A stretch of 64,000 nt of DNA from Acidimicrobiia bacterium. Its GTDB lineage: Bacteria > Actinomycetota > Acidimicrobiia > Spongiisociales > SHLN01. Position 1 is the first letter of the stretch. Every line of letters begins with the position of its first letter. Shown in pieces: positions 19,404 to 30,137 of the stretch. The translations under genes were made by a program, and so were the position numbers. Below the pieces are notes generated by a model that worked only from the letters and a program-made list of their open reading frames with translations, ran no database searches and was not told the origin of the DNA. The DNA lies in NCBI GenBank assembly GCA_041609995.1, contig JBFIPU010000005.1, positions 5,058 through 69,057 of the forward strand, written 5' to 3'.

Positions 19404-20323
19404 GCGTCTTGGTCGACAAGGACACGAAGGTGCTCGTCCAGGGGTTGGGAAAGACGGGCCGGTTTCACACCGACAAGGCGATCGCGTACGGTACCAACAT
19501 GGTGGGGGCGGTCCATCCCACGAAGGCGGGAACGTCGGAGGTGTTCGAGGGGGAGACCGACCATTCGGGCGTGCCTGGACGTCCCGACACCTACCAGCAG
19601 GAGCTGCCGATCTATGGATCCGTGCGCGAGGCGGTGGCAGCCACCGGAGCCGACACGTCGGTCGTCTACGTGCCTCCGCCGTTCGCGGCGGATGCCATCA
19701 TGGAGGCCGCCGATGCCGGCATCCGGCTCATCATCACCATCACCGAGGGCGTGCCGGTGACCGACATGGTGTTGGCGAAGCGGTTTCTCGAGGACATGGA
19801 ATCACGGCTCGTCGGACCCAACTGCCCTGGAGTGATCACTCCCGGCGAGTGCAAGATCGGAATCATGCCCGGCTACATTCACCAGCCGGGCAAGATCGGC
19901 GTCGTCAGCCGGTCCGGCACCCTCACGTATGAGGCCGTCTATCAGTTGACGACGATCGGCCTGGGGCAGACGACGGCGATCGGGATCGGGGGCGATCCGG
20001 TCAACGGGACCAATTTCGTCGACTGCCTGCGTTTGTTCAATGACGATCCGGCCACCGAAGGCGTGATCATGATCGGCGAGATCGGCGGGACGGCCGAAGA
20101 AGAGGCGGCCGCCTGGATCGACGCCAACATGAAAAAGCCGGTGGCGGGCTTCATCGCGGGCACCACCGCTCCGCCCGGCAAGCGGATGGGGCATGCCGGG
20201 GCGATCATATCGGGGGGCAAAGGCACGGCCGCCGACAAGATCGCTGCGATGGAGGCGGCGGGTGTGGTGATTGCGCCCACCCCGACAGACATGGGTGCGG
20301 CCATGGCCGAGGCGCTCGGTTGA
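19400..20323 (+). CDS. sucD: Succinate--CoA ligase subunit alpha
   Basis: '[21 protein letters not shown]', 'SRSGTLTYE', phospho-His loop 'GHAGAII'. GTG 19400 overlaps the sucC stop. Confidence 0.95.
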   Translation: MSVLVDKDTKVLVQGLGKTGRFHTDKAIAYGTNMVGAVHPTKAGTSEVFEGETDHSGVPGRPDTYQQELPIYGSVREAVAATGADTSVVYVPPPFAADAIMEAADAGIRLIITITEGVPVTDMVLAKRFLEDMESRLVGPNCPGVITPGECKIGIMPGYIHQPGKIGVVSRSGTLTYEAVYQLTTIGLGQTTAIGIGGDPVNGTNFVDCLRLFNDDPATEGVIMIGEIGGTAEEEAAAWIDANMKKPVAGFIAGTTAPPGKRMGHAGAIISGGKGTAADKIAAMEAAGVVIAPTPTDMGAAMAEALG

Positions 20324-20913
20324 TAGACCGATTGGCTGTGCTGGTCTCCGGTAACGGGACCAATCTTCAGGCTCTGGTCGACGCGACAGCCGATCCAGGA
20401 TTCGGTGCGTCGATCGTTGTTGTCGTGTCAGACCGACCGGACGCGTACGCGCTGACCAGGGCAGAGGCTGCCGGGATTCCGACCGAGGTCGTGCCCTGGT
20501 CGCCGGACCGGACCCGGTCGACCAAAGCAGTGATCGATGTCCTCGAGCGGTACGAGGTGAAGGGTGTCGTGCTCGCCGGGTTCATGCGGATCCTCGGGCC
20601 GGCGGCCATTAGGCGATATCCGAATCGCATCATCAATGTGCATCCATCGTTGTTGCCCTCATTTGCCGGGAGCAAAGCGATCGAGGCCGCTCTGGCGCAC
20701 GGGGTAAAGGTGACCGGGGTGACCGTTCACTTCGTCGACGAGGAGGTCGATCACGGCCCGATCATCGCCCAGGAGCCCGTTGTGGTGGAGCCGGGCGACG
20801 ACGTCGAAAGCCTGGCGGCACGCATCCACATAGTGGAACACGTCTTGTTGCCGGCGGTGGTGGGCGATTTCGTCGCGGGTCGGCTTTCGCAGGCAGGGGT
20901 GATGAGCCCATGA
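20320..20913 (+). CDS. purN: Phosphoribosylglycinamide formyltransferase
   Basis: '[15 protein letters not shown]', 'INVHPSLLP'; overlaps the sucD stop by 4 nt. Confidence 0.9.
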   Translation: MIDRLAVLVSGNGTNLQALVDATADPGFGASIVVVVSDRPDAYALTRAEAAGIPTEVVPWSPDRTRSTKAVIDVLERYEVKGVVLAGFMRILGPAAIRRYPNRIINVHPSLLPSFAGSKAIEAALAHGVKVTGVTVHFVDEEVDHGPIIAQEPVVVEPGDDVESLAARIHIVEHVLLPAVVGDFVAGRLSQAGVMSP

Positions 20914-22418
20914 AGGTAGAGGTCTCCCGGGCCATGCTGTCGGTGTACGACAAGTCAGGGCTGGAGAACCTGGCGAAGGCGTTGGTGAGCTCTGGCGTCG
21001 AGCTGGTCTCGTCGGGTGGGACCGCGCGGTTCCTGGCCGAGCAAGGATTCGAGGTGACCGATGTCGCCGACGTCACGGGGTTTCCCGAGGTGCTCGGTGG
21101 GCGCGTCAAGACGCTGCATCCCCGGATCCACGCCGGTGTTCTGGCCGACGTATCCAACGACGAGCATCGCCGCCAACTACAGGAACACGACATCCGGCCC
21201 TTCCAGCTCGTCGTCTCGAACCTGTACCCCTTCGCCGATGTCGTTGCCGATCCCGATTCCACCAAATCAGCCATCATCGAGCACATCGACATCGGGGGAC
21301 CGACCCTCGTCCGGGCAGCCGCCAAGAACCACGCTCACGTCGGCATCGTCACCTCGCCCGACCAATACGACGAGGTGGCGGCAGCGATCGAGGGGGGCGG
21401 GTTGGGGGCGGAGCTCAGGTTGCGGTTGGCCCGCGCCGCCTTCGACCACACCGCCGCATACGACGCGGCCATCGCCAGCTGGTTCGGGCGCGACGATCAA
21501 CTGCCCGCGCATCTGTTCGTGGGGCTCTCGGCGGTGAGCGAGCTGCGGTATGGCGAGAACCCACATCAGCGCGCCACCCTCTATTCGGACGGCAGTCCGT
21601 CGTGGTGGGCCCAGGCACAGATCTACGGTGGAAAACCGATGTCCTTCAACAACTATGTCGATGCCGAGGCCGCCTACCGGCTGGTACACGCCCTGCCGGC
21701 TCCTGCCGCCGTGGTGGTGAAGCACACCAACCCGGCCGGCGCAGCCGTGGGCCGGAGTGTGGCGGAGGCGTTCACCAAGGCCTGGGAAGGCGACCCGCTG
21801 GCCGCCTTTGGAGGGGTCATCGCCATGAACGGGGAGGTCGACGCCGCCACCGCCGGTTCGATCATCGGGAATTTCGTGGAGATCGTGATCGCGCCTTCCG
21901 TGGCAGAAGAAGCGCAGTCGGTGTTTGCCGCCAAGCCTGATCTACGGGTGATCGCGGCACCGGCGCCGGCGGCCCATGGCCGGGATTTCCGCTTCATCGA
22001 CGGTGGAGCGCTGATCCAGGAACGGGACGTGGTGGACCTCGCGGAATGGCTCCGTATGTCCCCGGGGCGGGCCGACGAGGCCGACCTGCGGCTGGCGTGG
22101 ATCGTGGCGGCCCACACGAAATCCAACGCTGTCGTGCTGGTCAAGAATGGCCAGGTGGTCGGGGTCGGGGCGGGCGATCAGAGCAGGGTTGGTGCCGTCG
22201 GCCGGGCATTGACGATTGCCGGTGATCGCGCCGCCGGGGCGGTGGCGGCCAGTGATGCCTTCTTTCCGTTCCGCGACGGTCTGGATGCGTTGGCGGCCGC
22301 CGGGGTGATGGCCGTGGTCGAGCCCGGGGGCTCCCGGCGGGACGACGAGGTGATCGACGCGGCCAAGGAGCATGGCGTAGCCTTGTTCTTCACTCAGACG
22401 AGACACTTTCTCCATTGA
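20910..22418 (+). CDS. purH: Bifunctional AICAR transformylase / IMP cyclohydrolase
   Basis: MGS-like N-terminus 'AMLSVYDKSGL', 'VSNLYPF' and an AICARFT C-terminal domain; 502 aa. Overlaps the purN stop by 4 nt. Confidence 0.95.
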   Translation: MKVEVSRAMLSVYDKSGLENLAKALVSSGVELVSSGGTARFLAEQGFEVTDVADVTGFPEVLGGRVKTLHPRIHAGVLADVSNDEHRRQLQEHDIRPFQLVVSNLYPFADVVADPDSTKSAIIEHIDIGGPTLVRAAAKNHAHVGIVTSPDQYDEVAAAIEGGGLGAELRLRLARAAFDHTAAYDAAIASWFGRDDQLPAHLFVGLSAVSELRYGENPHQRATLYSDGSPSWWAQAQIYGGKPMSFNNYVDAEAAYRLVHALPAPAAVVVKHTNPAGAAVGRSVAEAFTKAWEGDPLAAFGGVIAMNGEVDAATAGSIIGNFVEIVIAPSVAEEAQSVFAAKPDLRVIAAPAPAAHGRDFRFIDGGALIQERDVVDLAEWLRMSPGRADEADLRLAWIVAAHTKSNAVVLVKNGQVVGVGAGDQSRVGAVGRALTIAGDRAAGAVAASDAFFPFRDGLDALAAAGVMAVVEPGGSRRDDEVIDAAKEHGVALFFTQTRHFLH

Positions 22419-22430
22419 AAGGCAGGGATC

Positions 22431-23279
22431 TTGACGATCATTGATGGCAAGGCGGTGGCGGCTGAGGTCAGGGCACAGGTCGCCGAGCGGGTCGCGAAGC
22501 TGGGTGAGCAGGGCAAGAGAGTTGGGCTCGCCACTCTGTTGGTGGGAGAAGACGAGGCCTCCCAGGTGTACGTCCGCAGCAAGCATCGGGCGGCAGCGGA
22601 AGTCGGCATGTACTCCTATGACGTTGAGTTGGCGGCCGACGTCAGCCAGGAGGACGTGGAGGGCCAGATCGAGGCTCTCAACGTCGACCCGAACATCGAC
22701 GGGATGATTGTCCAGCTTCCGTTGCCAGACGGGTTGAACGGAAACGCCGCGGTGGAAGCCATCGATCCCATGAAAGATGCCGATGGTCTCCATCCTTACA
22801 ACCTCGGTCTGGTGATGCTCGAGCGACCCGTGGCGATTCCGGCCACGCCATATGGGATCATGCGCCTGCTGGAGCACTACGAGATCGAGACAACCGGCCA
22901 GACTGCAGTCGTGGTCGGCCGCTCGTTTCTCGTGGGTAGGCCGCTCGGAATCCTGCTCGGCGCCAAGGGCGTCGATGCGACCGTCGTCCAGGCCCATTCC
23001 CGCACCCAGGACCTGGCTTCGGTTTGTTCGACCGGAGACATCTTGGTCGCGGCCGTCGGACGCCCTGAGTTCATCACCAAGGACATGGTCAAGCCCGGTG
23101 CAACCGTGATCGATGTCGGGATCAACCGGACGGCGGATGGATTGGTCGGCGATGTTGCCTACGATGAGGTGTCTGAGGTGGCCGGGGCGATAACGCCGGT
23201 TCCCGGAGGTGTCGGTCCGATGACGGTGGCGAGCTTGCTCGTGAACACCGTCACACTGGCCGAAAACCGCAGCGTGTAG
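22431..23279 (+). CDS. folD: Methylenetetrahydrofolate dehydrogenase / methenyl-THF cyclohydrolase
   Basis: 'IIDGKAVAAEVR', 'YVRSKHRA', 'VVVGRSFLVGRPL', 'PVPGGVGPMT'. Confidence 0.95.
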   Translation: MTIIDGKAVAAEVRAQVAERVAKLGEQGKRVGLATLLVGEDEASQVYVRSKHRAAAEVGMYSYDVELAADVSQEDVEGQIEALNVDPNIDGMIVQLPLPDGLNGNAAVEAIDPMKDADGLHPYNLGLVMLERPVAIPATPYGIMRLLEHYEIETTGQTAVVVGRSFLVGRPLGILLGAKGVDATVVQAHSRTQDLASVCSTGDILVAAVGRPEFITKDMVKPGATVIDVGINRTADGLVGDVAYDEVSEVAGAITPVPGGVGPMTVASLLVNTVTLAENRSV

Positions 23280-23310
23280 ACGTCGTTTGTGACCGAAAGG
23301 CAGGCCCCAT

Positions 23311-24522
23311 ATGGGTGACAGTATCGAGTTGGTGGATGGCGAGCCGCACGTGCCCGACAACCCGATCATCCCATATGTCGAAGGGGATGGGATCGGTCCC
23401 GATATCTGGGCAGCGGCGGTGAGGGTGTTCGACGCGGCAGTCGAGAAGGCCTACGACGGGCGCCGCCGGATCGAGTGGATGGAGGTCCTGGCCGGCGAAA
23501 AGGCGTTCAACGAAGTGGGTGAATGGCTTCCGGACGAAACCCTCGCCGCTTTCGAGAAGCATCTGGTATCGATCAAGGGTCCGCTCACCACACCGGTGGG
23601 TGGGGGAATCCGCAGCCTCAACGTCGCCATCCGCCAGATTCTCGATCTCTACACCTGCCTGCGACCGGTCCGCTGGTTCCGCGGCGTTCCGTCTCCGGTC
23701 GTCAACCCGGCGGCGGTAGACATGGTGATCTTCCGTGAGAACACCGAAGACGTCTATGCCGGGCTCGAGGTGGAGAAGTCGAGCCCGGAAGCCGCCCAGC
23801 TGTTGGCGCTTCTCAAAGAGCATTTCGACTGGCAGATTCGACCGGACAGTGGGATCGGCATCAAACCCATCTCCGAATCCGGGAGCAAGCGGCTGGTGCG
23901 TGCCGCCATCGATTATGCGCTGAAGCACAAGCGGCGGAACGTCACGCTCGTCCACAAGGGCAACATCATGAAGTACACCGAAGGCGCTTTCCGTAGCTGG
24001 GGCTACGAGGTGGTGCGGGAGGAGTACGCCGATCAGGCTGTGGCCTGGGAAGATTGTGGGGGAGAGCCTGGCGATCGTTTGCTGGTCAAGGACGTCATCG
24101 CCGATGCCTTCTTGCAGCAGATTCTCACGCGGCCTGCCGAGTACGACGTGGTGGCCACGATGAACTTGAACGGCGACTACATCTCTGATGCACTCGCTGC
24201 CCAGGTGGGCGGTATCGGCATCGCTCCCGGGGGCAACATCAACTATCAGACCGGTATCGCAGTATTCGAGGCGACCCACGGCACTGCCCCCAAATATGCC
24301 GGTCAGGACAAAGTCAATCCGGGATCGGTGATTCTGTCGGGCGAGCTGCTGCTCCGGCACATCGGGTGGGGTGAGGCCGCCGACCTCATCGTCGCATCGC
24401 TCGAGGGCACCATCGGCGACAAAGTGGTCACCTACGACTTCGCGCGTCTGATGGACGGTGCGACCGAAGTGAAGACATCCGAATTCGCCAGTGCGATGAT
24501 CGAGCGTATGGAGCCCCGATGA
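23311..24522 (+). CDS. icd: NADP-dependent isocitrate dehydrogenase
   Basis: '[20 protein letters not shown]', '[17 protein letters not shown]'; 403 aa. Confidence 0.95.
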   Translation: MGDSIELVDGEPHVPDNPIIPYVEGDGIGPDIWAAAVRVFDAAVEKAYDGRRRIEWMEVLAGEKAFNEVGEWLPDETLAAFEKHLVSIKGPLTTPVGGGIRSLNVAIRQILDLYTCLRPVRWFRGVPSPVVNPAAVDMVIFRENTEDVYAGLEVEKSSPEAAQLLALLKEHFDWQIRPDSGIGIKPISESGSKRLVRAAIDYALKHKRRNVTLVHKGNIMKYTEGAFRSWGYEVVREEYADQAVAWEDCGGEPGDRLLVKDVIADAFLQQILTRPAEYDVVATMNLNGDYISDALAAQVGGIGIAPGGNINYQTGIAVFEATHGTAPKYAGQDKVNPGSVILSGELLLRHIGWGEAADLIVASLEGTIGDKVVTYDFARLMDGATEVKTSEFASAMIERMEPR

Positions 24523-24538
24523 CGATGAAGGAGACTCA

Positions 24539-25525
24539 GTGAAACCACCCGTGCGAGTGGCTGTCACCGGCGCCGCCGGACAGATCGGGTACAGCCTGCT
24601 TTTCCGCATTGCGTCTGGGGAGATGCTGGGCCCGGACCAACCGGTGATTCTGCAGATGCTCGAGATTTCGCCTGCTCTCGGTGCGCTGGAGGGCGTTGCG
24701 ATGGAGCTGGATGACTGTGCATTCCCGCTGCTCGCGGGAAAAGTGATCACCGATGACGCAGAAGTCGGTTTCGGGGATGCGGACTATGCGCTGCTGGTGG
24801 GTGCGATGCCCCGCCGGGACGGAATGGAACGCAGTGATCTGCTCGAGGCCAACGGCGGCATCTTCGTCCCTCAGGGCAAGGCGCTCAATGACAGCGCCAA
24901 CCGGGACGTCAAAGTACTGGTCGTCGGCAACCCGGCCAATACCAATGCACTGATCGCCATGAACGCCGCCCCGGACATCGACCCTCGGAATTTCACGGCC
25001 ATGACTCGCCTGGACCACAACCGGGCGTTGACACAACTCGCGCAGAAGACCAACACGAGCGTCAACGACATAACGCGGATGACCATCTGGGGCAACCACT
25101 CGTCGACCCAATACCCGGATATCTTTCATGCCGAGGTCAGTGGCGCGCCGGCCTCGGAAGTGGTGGACGATCGGGAATGGCTGGAAGACAAATTCATACC
25201 CACCGTTCAGAAGCGGGGCGCGGCCATCATCAAAGCGCGGGGTGCCTCTAGCGCTGCTTCGGCCGCCAACGCCGCTATCGACCACATGCGCGATTGGGCT
25301 CTCGGCACTCCCGCAGGCGACTGGGTGAGCATGGCGGTTTCATCAGACGGCAGCTACGGCGTGGCGGAGGGTCTCATCTCGTCCTTCCCCTGCACGACCG
25401 CCGACGGGACGTATTCGATCGTGCCCGATCTAGACCTGAACGACTTCAGCCGAAGCCGCATCGACGTATCGGTGGCGGAGCTGGTCGACGAGCGCGGCAC
25501 CGTTTCCGAGCTCGGATTGATCTAG
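24539..25525 (+). CDS. mdh: Malate dehydrogenase
   Basis: '[16 protein letters not shown]', 'MTRLDHNRA', 'IWGNHSSTQ'; GTG start. Confidence 0.95.
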   Translation: MKPPVRVAVTGAAGQIGYSLLFRIASGEMLGPDQPVILQMLEISPALGALEGVAMELDDCAFPLLAGKVITDDAEVGFGDADYALLVGAMPRRDGMERSDLLEANGGIFVPQGKALNDSANRDVKVLVVGNPANTNALIAMNAAPDIDPRNFTAMTRLDHNRALTQLAQKTNTSVNDITRMTIWGNHSSTQYPDIFHAEVSGAPASEVVDDREWLEDKFIPTVQKRGAAIIKARGASSAASAANAAIDHMRDWALGTPAGDWVSMAVSSDGSYGVAEGLISSFPCTTADGTYSIVPDLDLNDFSRSRIDVSVAELVDERGTVSELGLI

Positions 25526-25603
25526 ACGCGGGTCGCAGCCCGCCTCGGGCGGCCGGTGAGGTCCCCACCCGGCGGGATCGGCAGGGCCTTCCTCAGGAGG
25601 GAC

Positions 25604-25990
25604 TCAATAGGAGGTGTCGAGCTCGCTGAGGGCTGACGCGAAGGCATTGAGGGCACCGACGTTCATCATGATCTTGGCCATGTTGCCCTCGACCTTCACT
25701 TTTCCGGTGATGAACGCGGTCTGCACGTTGAGGTCCCCTTTCGAAATGGCAACAGCCGTCTCGTAGTCGTTGGTGATGGTCGCGTCGGGGTCGTCGTGCC
25801 GGCCCGGTGCCATGGTGCCGGTGTTTCCATCGAGCACAAGCGTGTACAGCGTTTCGCCCTCCGGAGCACCCGTGACCTTGAACTGAAGAGCCAGTTCGGT
25901 GCCGGAGGCGGCGTCCTGGAAATCGTCGTTGGCCGCCAGCGCCACGTTGGCCGCATCAAACCACTCGTCGGATAGAAACTGCACTGTCAT
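25604..25990 (-). CDS. SCP2 sterol-carrier-like domain protein
   Basis: 128 aa; 'FLSDEWFDAAN...LALQFKVTG...' and C-terminal 'ITGKVKVEGNMAKIMML'-type pattern ('FITGKVKVEGNMAKIMMNVG') typical of the SCP-2 fold. Confidence 0.7.
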   Translation of the reverse strand: MTVQFLSDEWFDAANVALAANDDFQDAASGTELALQFKVTGAPEGETLYTLVLDGNTGTMAPGRHDDPDATITNDYETAVAISKGDLNVQTAFITGKVKVEGNMAKIMMNVGALNAFASALSELDTSY

Positions 25991-26035
25991 GGAGATCCTC
26001 TTCTGCCGTCAACCAGGGCGCAAGCGTAGCGGGGA

Positions 26036-26797
26036 TCAGTCCTGAGCCGCGAGTTTCCGGTTGATGAACTGCGCCTTGACATAATCGCGGTTCAGCTCGG
26101 CGATGACTTCGAGCGGGATCTCTTTGGGGCAGGCGGTCGTGCACTCGCCCATGTTCGAACACGTGCCAAAGTACGCGTCCATGACGTTCACCATGTCCTC
26201 TGTTCGTTGCCAGCGCTCCGCTTGTCCCTGCGGGAGGAGATTCAGGTGCGTGATCTTGGCGCCGGTGAACAGCTGGGCCGCCCCGTTCGGGCAGGCTGCC
26301 ACACATGCCCCGCAACCGATGCAGGCGGCGGCATCCATGGCGGCATCTGCCACGACCTTGGGCACCAGTGTGAGATTGGCGTCGGGAGCGCTGCCGGTCG
26401 GGACGGTGATGAACCCACCGGCTTCCATTATGTGGTCGAAGGCAGATCGATCGACGGCGAGGTCCTGCAAGATCGGAAACGCCGCCGACCGCCATGGCTC
26501 GATGATGATCGTGTCCTCATCCGAGAACTTCCTGAGGTGCAACTGGCAGGTGGCTGTCCCTAGCTGCGGGCCATGCGCTTGCCCGTTGATCATCAGGCCG
26601 CACGAACCGCAGATTCCTTCCCGACAGTCGTGGTCGAAGGTGATGGGAATCTCGCCGGCCTCGGCCAGGCGTTCGTTGACGATGTCGAGCATCTCCAGGA
26701 ACGACATGTCCGGCGACATGTCACTTGCCTGATAGTCCACGAACGAGCCCGCCACATCCGGGCCTTCCTGGCGCCAAACCCGCAGGTTGAGGTTCAC
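26036..26797 (-). CDS. sdhB: Succinate dehydrogenase / fumarate reductase iron-sulfur subunit
   Basis: Three cluster motifs: '[10 protein letters not shown]', '[12 protein letters not shown]', '[12 protein letters not shown]'. GTG 26797 overlaps the sdhA stop (GTGA). The listed start 26881 lies inside sdhA. Confidence 0.9.
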   Translation of the reverse strand: MNLNLRVWRQEGPDVAGSFVDYQASDMSPDMSFLEMLDIVNERLAEAGEIPITFDHDCREGICGSCGLMINGQAHGPQLGTATCQLHLRKFSDEDTIIIEPWRSAAFPILQDLAVDRSAFDHIMEAGGFITVPTGSAPDANLTLVPKVVADAAMDAAACIGCGACVAACPNGAAQLFTGAKITHLNLLPQGQAERWQRTEDMVNVMDAYFGTCSNMGECTTACPKEIPLEVIAELNRDYVKAQFINRKLAAQD

Positions 26798-28701
26798 TTG
26801 TAGCTCCTCTGGGTCGGCTGGACGTTCTCGAACTCCAACTGCTCTTTGTGGAGAACCGGGTCTGTCGGCGTGTGCTCCCACGCTGATACGAAAGAGAACT
26901 CCTCGTCCTTGCGTAACGCCTCACCCTCGTCGGTCTGGGACTCTTCCCGGAAATGACCGCCGGCGCTCTCGGTTCGGTCGAGTGCATCCAGACACATGAG
27001 CTCGCCAAGCTCGAAGAAGTCGGCCACCCGGCCCGCCTTCTCGAGCGATTGGTTGAGCCCGTCGGCGCGTCCCGGGATCCGAAGGTCGTTGTAGAACTCC
27101 TCTTTCAGGGCCGGGATGTCACTCAGTGCCTTCTCGAGACCTGACTCGTTGCGCGCCATCCCGCATTGGTCCCACATGATCTTTCCGAGCTCACGGTGGA
27201 ACCAATCGACCGTTCGCGTGCCCTTGATCGACATCAGCCGATGGATGCGTTCCTGCACGTCTGCCCTGGTGGCCTCAAAGGCCGCGTGATCCGAGGGGAG
27301 GGGCGGGTCGCCCAGCATGTCCGCCAGGTAGTCGCCGATGGTGTAGGGGAGGACAAAATACCCGTCGGCGAGACCTTGCATCAAGGCGCTGGCGCCCAGC
27401 CGGTTGGCGCCGTGATCGGAAAAGTTGGCCTCCCCCAGGCAGTAGAGGCCCGGAACGGTCGTCATGAGGTTGTAGTCGACCCACAAACCCCCCATGGTGT
27501 AGTGAACGGCCGGATAGATGCGCATGGGCATTCGATACGGGTCCTCATCGGTGATCCGATGGTAGATATCGAAGAGATTGCCGTACCGTTCCCTGATCGT
27601 CTCTGCTCCCAGCCGGTTGATTGCGTCCGCAAAGTCGAGGTAGACCCCGTTTTGGAGAGGTCCGACTCCCTTGCCCCTGTCGATCTGAGTCTTTGCGTTG
27701 CGGGACGCAACGTCGCGCGGAACGAGATTGCCAAATGCCGGGTACTTGCGTTCCAGGTAGTAGTCGCGCTCGGCTTCGGGTATCGCGTCTGGTGGCCGGT
27801 CGTCCCCCGCCTTCGCCGGTACCCATATGCGGCCGTCGTTGCGCAGCGACTCTGACATCAGTGTCAGCTTGGACTGAAACTCATCAGACGAAGGGATGCA
27901 CGTCGGGTGGATCTGGGTGAAGCATGGATTGGCGAAGTATGCGCCGCGACGGTGCGCCCGCCATGCGGCCGTGACGTTGCAGTTCATGGCGTTGGTCGAC
28001 AGGTAGTAGACGTTTCCGTAGCCACCGGTGGCCAACACGACTGCGTGCGCGCTGTGGGCGCTGATCTCACCGGTCAGGAGGTCGCGAGCGATGATTCCCG
28101 CCGCCGCCCCGTCGTGGACCACCACATCCAGCATCTCGGTGCGGGTGTGCAGCTCGACGTTGCCCAACGCGACCTGGCGGGCCAGGGCCTGATAGGCGCC
28201 GAGCAAGAGTTGCTGGCCGGTCTGGCCGCGAGCATAAAACGTACGCGAGACCTGGGCGCCGCCAAAGGAGCGGTTGGCGAGAAGTCCGCCGTACTCGCGG
28301 GCGAATGGAACTCCCTGGGCGGCGCACTGGTCGATGATCTCGTTGGAGACCTGGGCGAGCCGATACACGTTGGCTTCCCGCGACCGATAATCGCCCCCCT
28401 TGATCGTGTCGTAGAAGAGTCGGAATATGGAGTCTCCGTCATTGGGATAGTTCTTGGCCGCATTGATGCCGCCTTGAGCGGAGATGCTGTGGGCCCTCCT
28501 CGGCGAGTCGTGGAATGTGAAGGCCTTGACGGTGTACCCGAGCTCGGCGAGCGTGGCGGCTGCGCTGGCCCCGGCCAGCCCGGTGCCCACGACGATGATG
28601 TCAAACTTGCGTTTGTTGGCGGGGTTGACGAGTTTGATCGAGAAGCGGTGGTGGTCCCACTTGTCTGCCAGCGGCCCAGGCGGGACCTTGGGATCGAGCA
28701 T
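26794..28701 (-). CDS. sdhA: Succinate dehydrogenase / fumarate reductase flavoprotein subunit
   Basis: '[15 protein letters not shown]' FAD fold and '[14 protein letters not shown]' covalent-FAD His region. ATG 28701 overlaps the sdhC stop by 1 nt. The listed 852-aa ORF is an upstream extension through sdhC. Confidence 0.95.
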   Translation of the reverse strand: MLDPKVPPGPLADKWDHHRFSIKLVNPANKRKFDIIVVGTGLAGASAAATLAELGYTVKAFTFHDSPRRAHSISAQGGINAAKNYPNDGDSIFRLFYDTIKGGDYRSREANVYRLAQVSNEIIDQCAAQGVPFAREYGGLLANRSFGGAQVSRTFYARGQTGQQLLLGAYQALARQVALGNVELHTRTEMLDVVVHDGAAAGIIARDLLTGEISAHSAHAVVLATGGYGNVYYLSTNAMNCNVTAAWRAHRRGAYFANPCFTQIHPTCIPSSDEFQSKLTLMSESLRNDGRIWVPAKAGDDRPPDAIPEAERDYYLERKYPAFGNLVPRDVASRNAKTQIDRGKGVGPLQNGVYLDFADAINRLGAETIRERYGNLFDIYHRITDEDPYRMPMRIYPAVHYTMGGLWVDYNLMTTVPGLYCLGEANFSDHGANRLGASALMQGLADGYFVLPYTIGDYLADMLGDPPLPSDHAAFEATRADVQERIHRLMSIKGTRTVDWFHRELGKIMWDQCGMARNESGLEKALSDIPALKEEFYNDLRIPGRADGLNQSLEKAGRVADFFELGELMCLDALDRTESAGGHFREESQTDEGEALRKDEEFSFVSAWEHTPTDPVLHKEQLEFENVQPTQRSYK

Positions 28702-29525
28702 CAACCCACCACCCCGGCCATCACCAGTATCGGAAAGCTCAGATTGCCCAGCACGATCAGGGCGGTGATACCCGTGGCCAAACCGGTTCTGATCGAGGCG
28801 AGGCGGGGGCTCTTCGACCCCAGGCTCTGGAACATGCTCCAGATGCCATGGAGCACATGAAGGCCGAGGGCGAGGTTCGCGACGATGTACCAGCCGGCGA
28901 CGACCGGATGGTCCAGCCCGGTGACCACATTGTGTTGAACCTCGCCGGGAATGAAATCCTCGTGCACGACCCCCCACGTCAGGTGAGCAAGGTGGGAGAT
29001 GACGAAGAGCAAGACGATGGTTCCGGTGATCACCATGTTGCGGGAGGCGAACGTGGCCGTCACCCAGGTCCGCTCCGCCTCGTAGGCCACCGGGCGAGAT
29101 TTGCGGCTCTTCCACCACAGGCTGTAGCCGGCGTGGATGTGTACGAGGAAGGCCCCCAGCAACCCGAGCCGAGCCACCCAGAGCAACCCGGTGCGGGGGA
29201 CGATCGGCTCTCCGATCTCCCGGAGTCCTTCGGCGTATTCGTCGATGCGGGGGACTCCATTGGCGCCAGGTGCCTCGTAGAGGTGCAGGTTGCCCAGCAT
29301 GTGGAAGAACACGAATCCGACCAGGGCGACTCCTGACAGAGCCATGATCCACTTTCGGCCGACCTGGGATCGATAGAAGCTGCGAACGAACGATTCAGGC
29401 CGGGTCGCCGGCGGCCGCTCCATCTCGGTGTCCGTCACGGGTTGTGTCACGCCGATCTCCTCGAGCGAATTCGTGCCGAGCCTACCCTCAGAACGGGAAA
29501 CAAACTGCGCCGGCCGGTTTGACAC
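28701..29525 (-). CDS. sdhC: Succinate dehydrogenase cytochrome b subunit (b558-type, 5 TM)
   Basis: Heme-ligand His contexts '[11 protein letters not shown]', 'LVHIHAGYS', '[10 protein letters not shown]', 'LHVLHGIWS'. The start is ambiguous (29525 or ATG 29423). Confidence 0.8.
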   Translation of the reverse strand: MSNRPAQFVSRSEGRLGTNSLEEIGVTQPVTDTEMERPPATRPESFVRSFYRSQVGRKWIMALSGVALVGFVFFHMLGNLHLYEAPGANGVPRIDEYAEGLREIGEPIVPRTGLLWVARLGLLGAFLVHIHAGYSLWWKSRKSRPVAYEAERTWVTATFASRNMVITGTIVLLFVISHLAHLTWGVVHEDFIPGEVQHNVVTGLDHPVVAGWYIVANLALGLHVLHGIWSMFQSLGSKSPRLASIRTGLATGITALIVLGNLSFPILVMAGVVG

Positions 29526-29544
29526 GCGCGCACCCTCGAACTTG

Positions 29545-29562
29545 AATTACAGGAATGTAATT
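29545..29562. promoter_or_regulatory. Perfect 7-bp inverted repeat AATTACA-ggaa-TGTAATT (candidate operator)
   Basis: AT-rich palindrome in the 290-bp divergent sdhC/whiB intergenic region, 20 nt upstream of the longest sdhC start. The binding factor is unknown. Confidence 0.3.
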
Positions 29563-29814
29563 ACACGCCTGTCACCCGGGCTGAATCGGCACAGTGAGAA
29601 ACGACCCGCCTGCCCCGGACTCGGCGTTTGGACCAACACCAGTTATACAGGTACCTAAATCGCGAAATCTGAGCCTAGGAAATGGTGCGCAGGAGCCGCC
29701 CCGAAGCAACGGAGAGGGCAGACCCGAACCGGTACTGAGCACACCTGGCACATGAGTTCACCTGGTACCTGAAACCAGCGAAACGAAATCACAGCGAGGG
29801 AGACCGAGGGATTC

Positions 29815-30090
29815 GTGGATACCACCTTGTTCGAAGAAATGTTCACGCAGGATCTGGCGTGGCAGGAGATGGCGAACTGCCGGGGAGCCGATCAGGATCT
29901 GTTCTTTCCAGAGCGGGGCGCGTCGACACGGAAGGCCAAGGCCATCTGCGGTGCCTGCGCCGTGAAGGAGGATTGCCTCGAGTTCGCCATCACCAAGGGT
30001 GAACGGTTCGGCATCTGGGGTGGCATGAGCGAGCGGGAACGGCGTCGGATCCGCCGTCAACGTGCGATAGCAGCCCGTCAAACTGGTTAG
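29815..30090 (+). CDS. whiB: WhiB-family transcriptional regulator
   Basis: Four Cys 'NCRG...CGACAVKEDC', 'GIWGG' turn and a basic tail 'RERRRIRRQR'; 91 aa. Confidence 0.95.
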   Translation: MDTTLFEEMFTQDLAWQEMANCRGADQDLFFPERGASTRKAKAICGACAVKEDCLEFAITKGERFGIWGGMSERERRRIRRQRAIAARQTG

Positions 30091-30137
30091 CCTCGGGATA
30101 CACCGCGGGTGTCCGGTCGAGCGAGGAGGTCCAGACC

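Noticed and set aside
20300-22431. ZTP (pfl) or other purine/folate riboswitch ahead of purN, purH or folD
   Set aside because: These genes overlap or are separated by 12 nt or less, leaving no room for a leader. No GACTGGCG / CCGCCTGGGC core was seen nearby.
21942-24750. Two long minus-strand ORFs (475 and 499 aa)
   Set aside because: They are antisense to purH, folD and icd, all of which have unambiguous motifs. These are shadow ORFs.
26794-29352. 852-aa version of sdhA, and similar N-terminal extensions of guaA (10131), sucD (19022), Wzx-GT (39791), Wzy-like A (41314), GT26 (43701) and the epimerase (44885)
   Set aside because: The extensions run through the preceding gene in another frame. 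Conserved N-termini begin at internal ATG/GTG codons that form 1-4 nt stop/start overlaps with the upstream gene, so the shorter coordinates were used.
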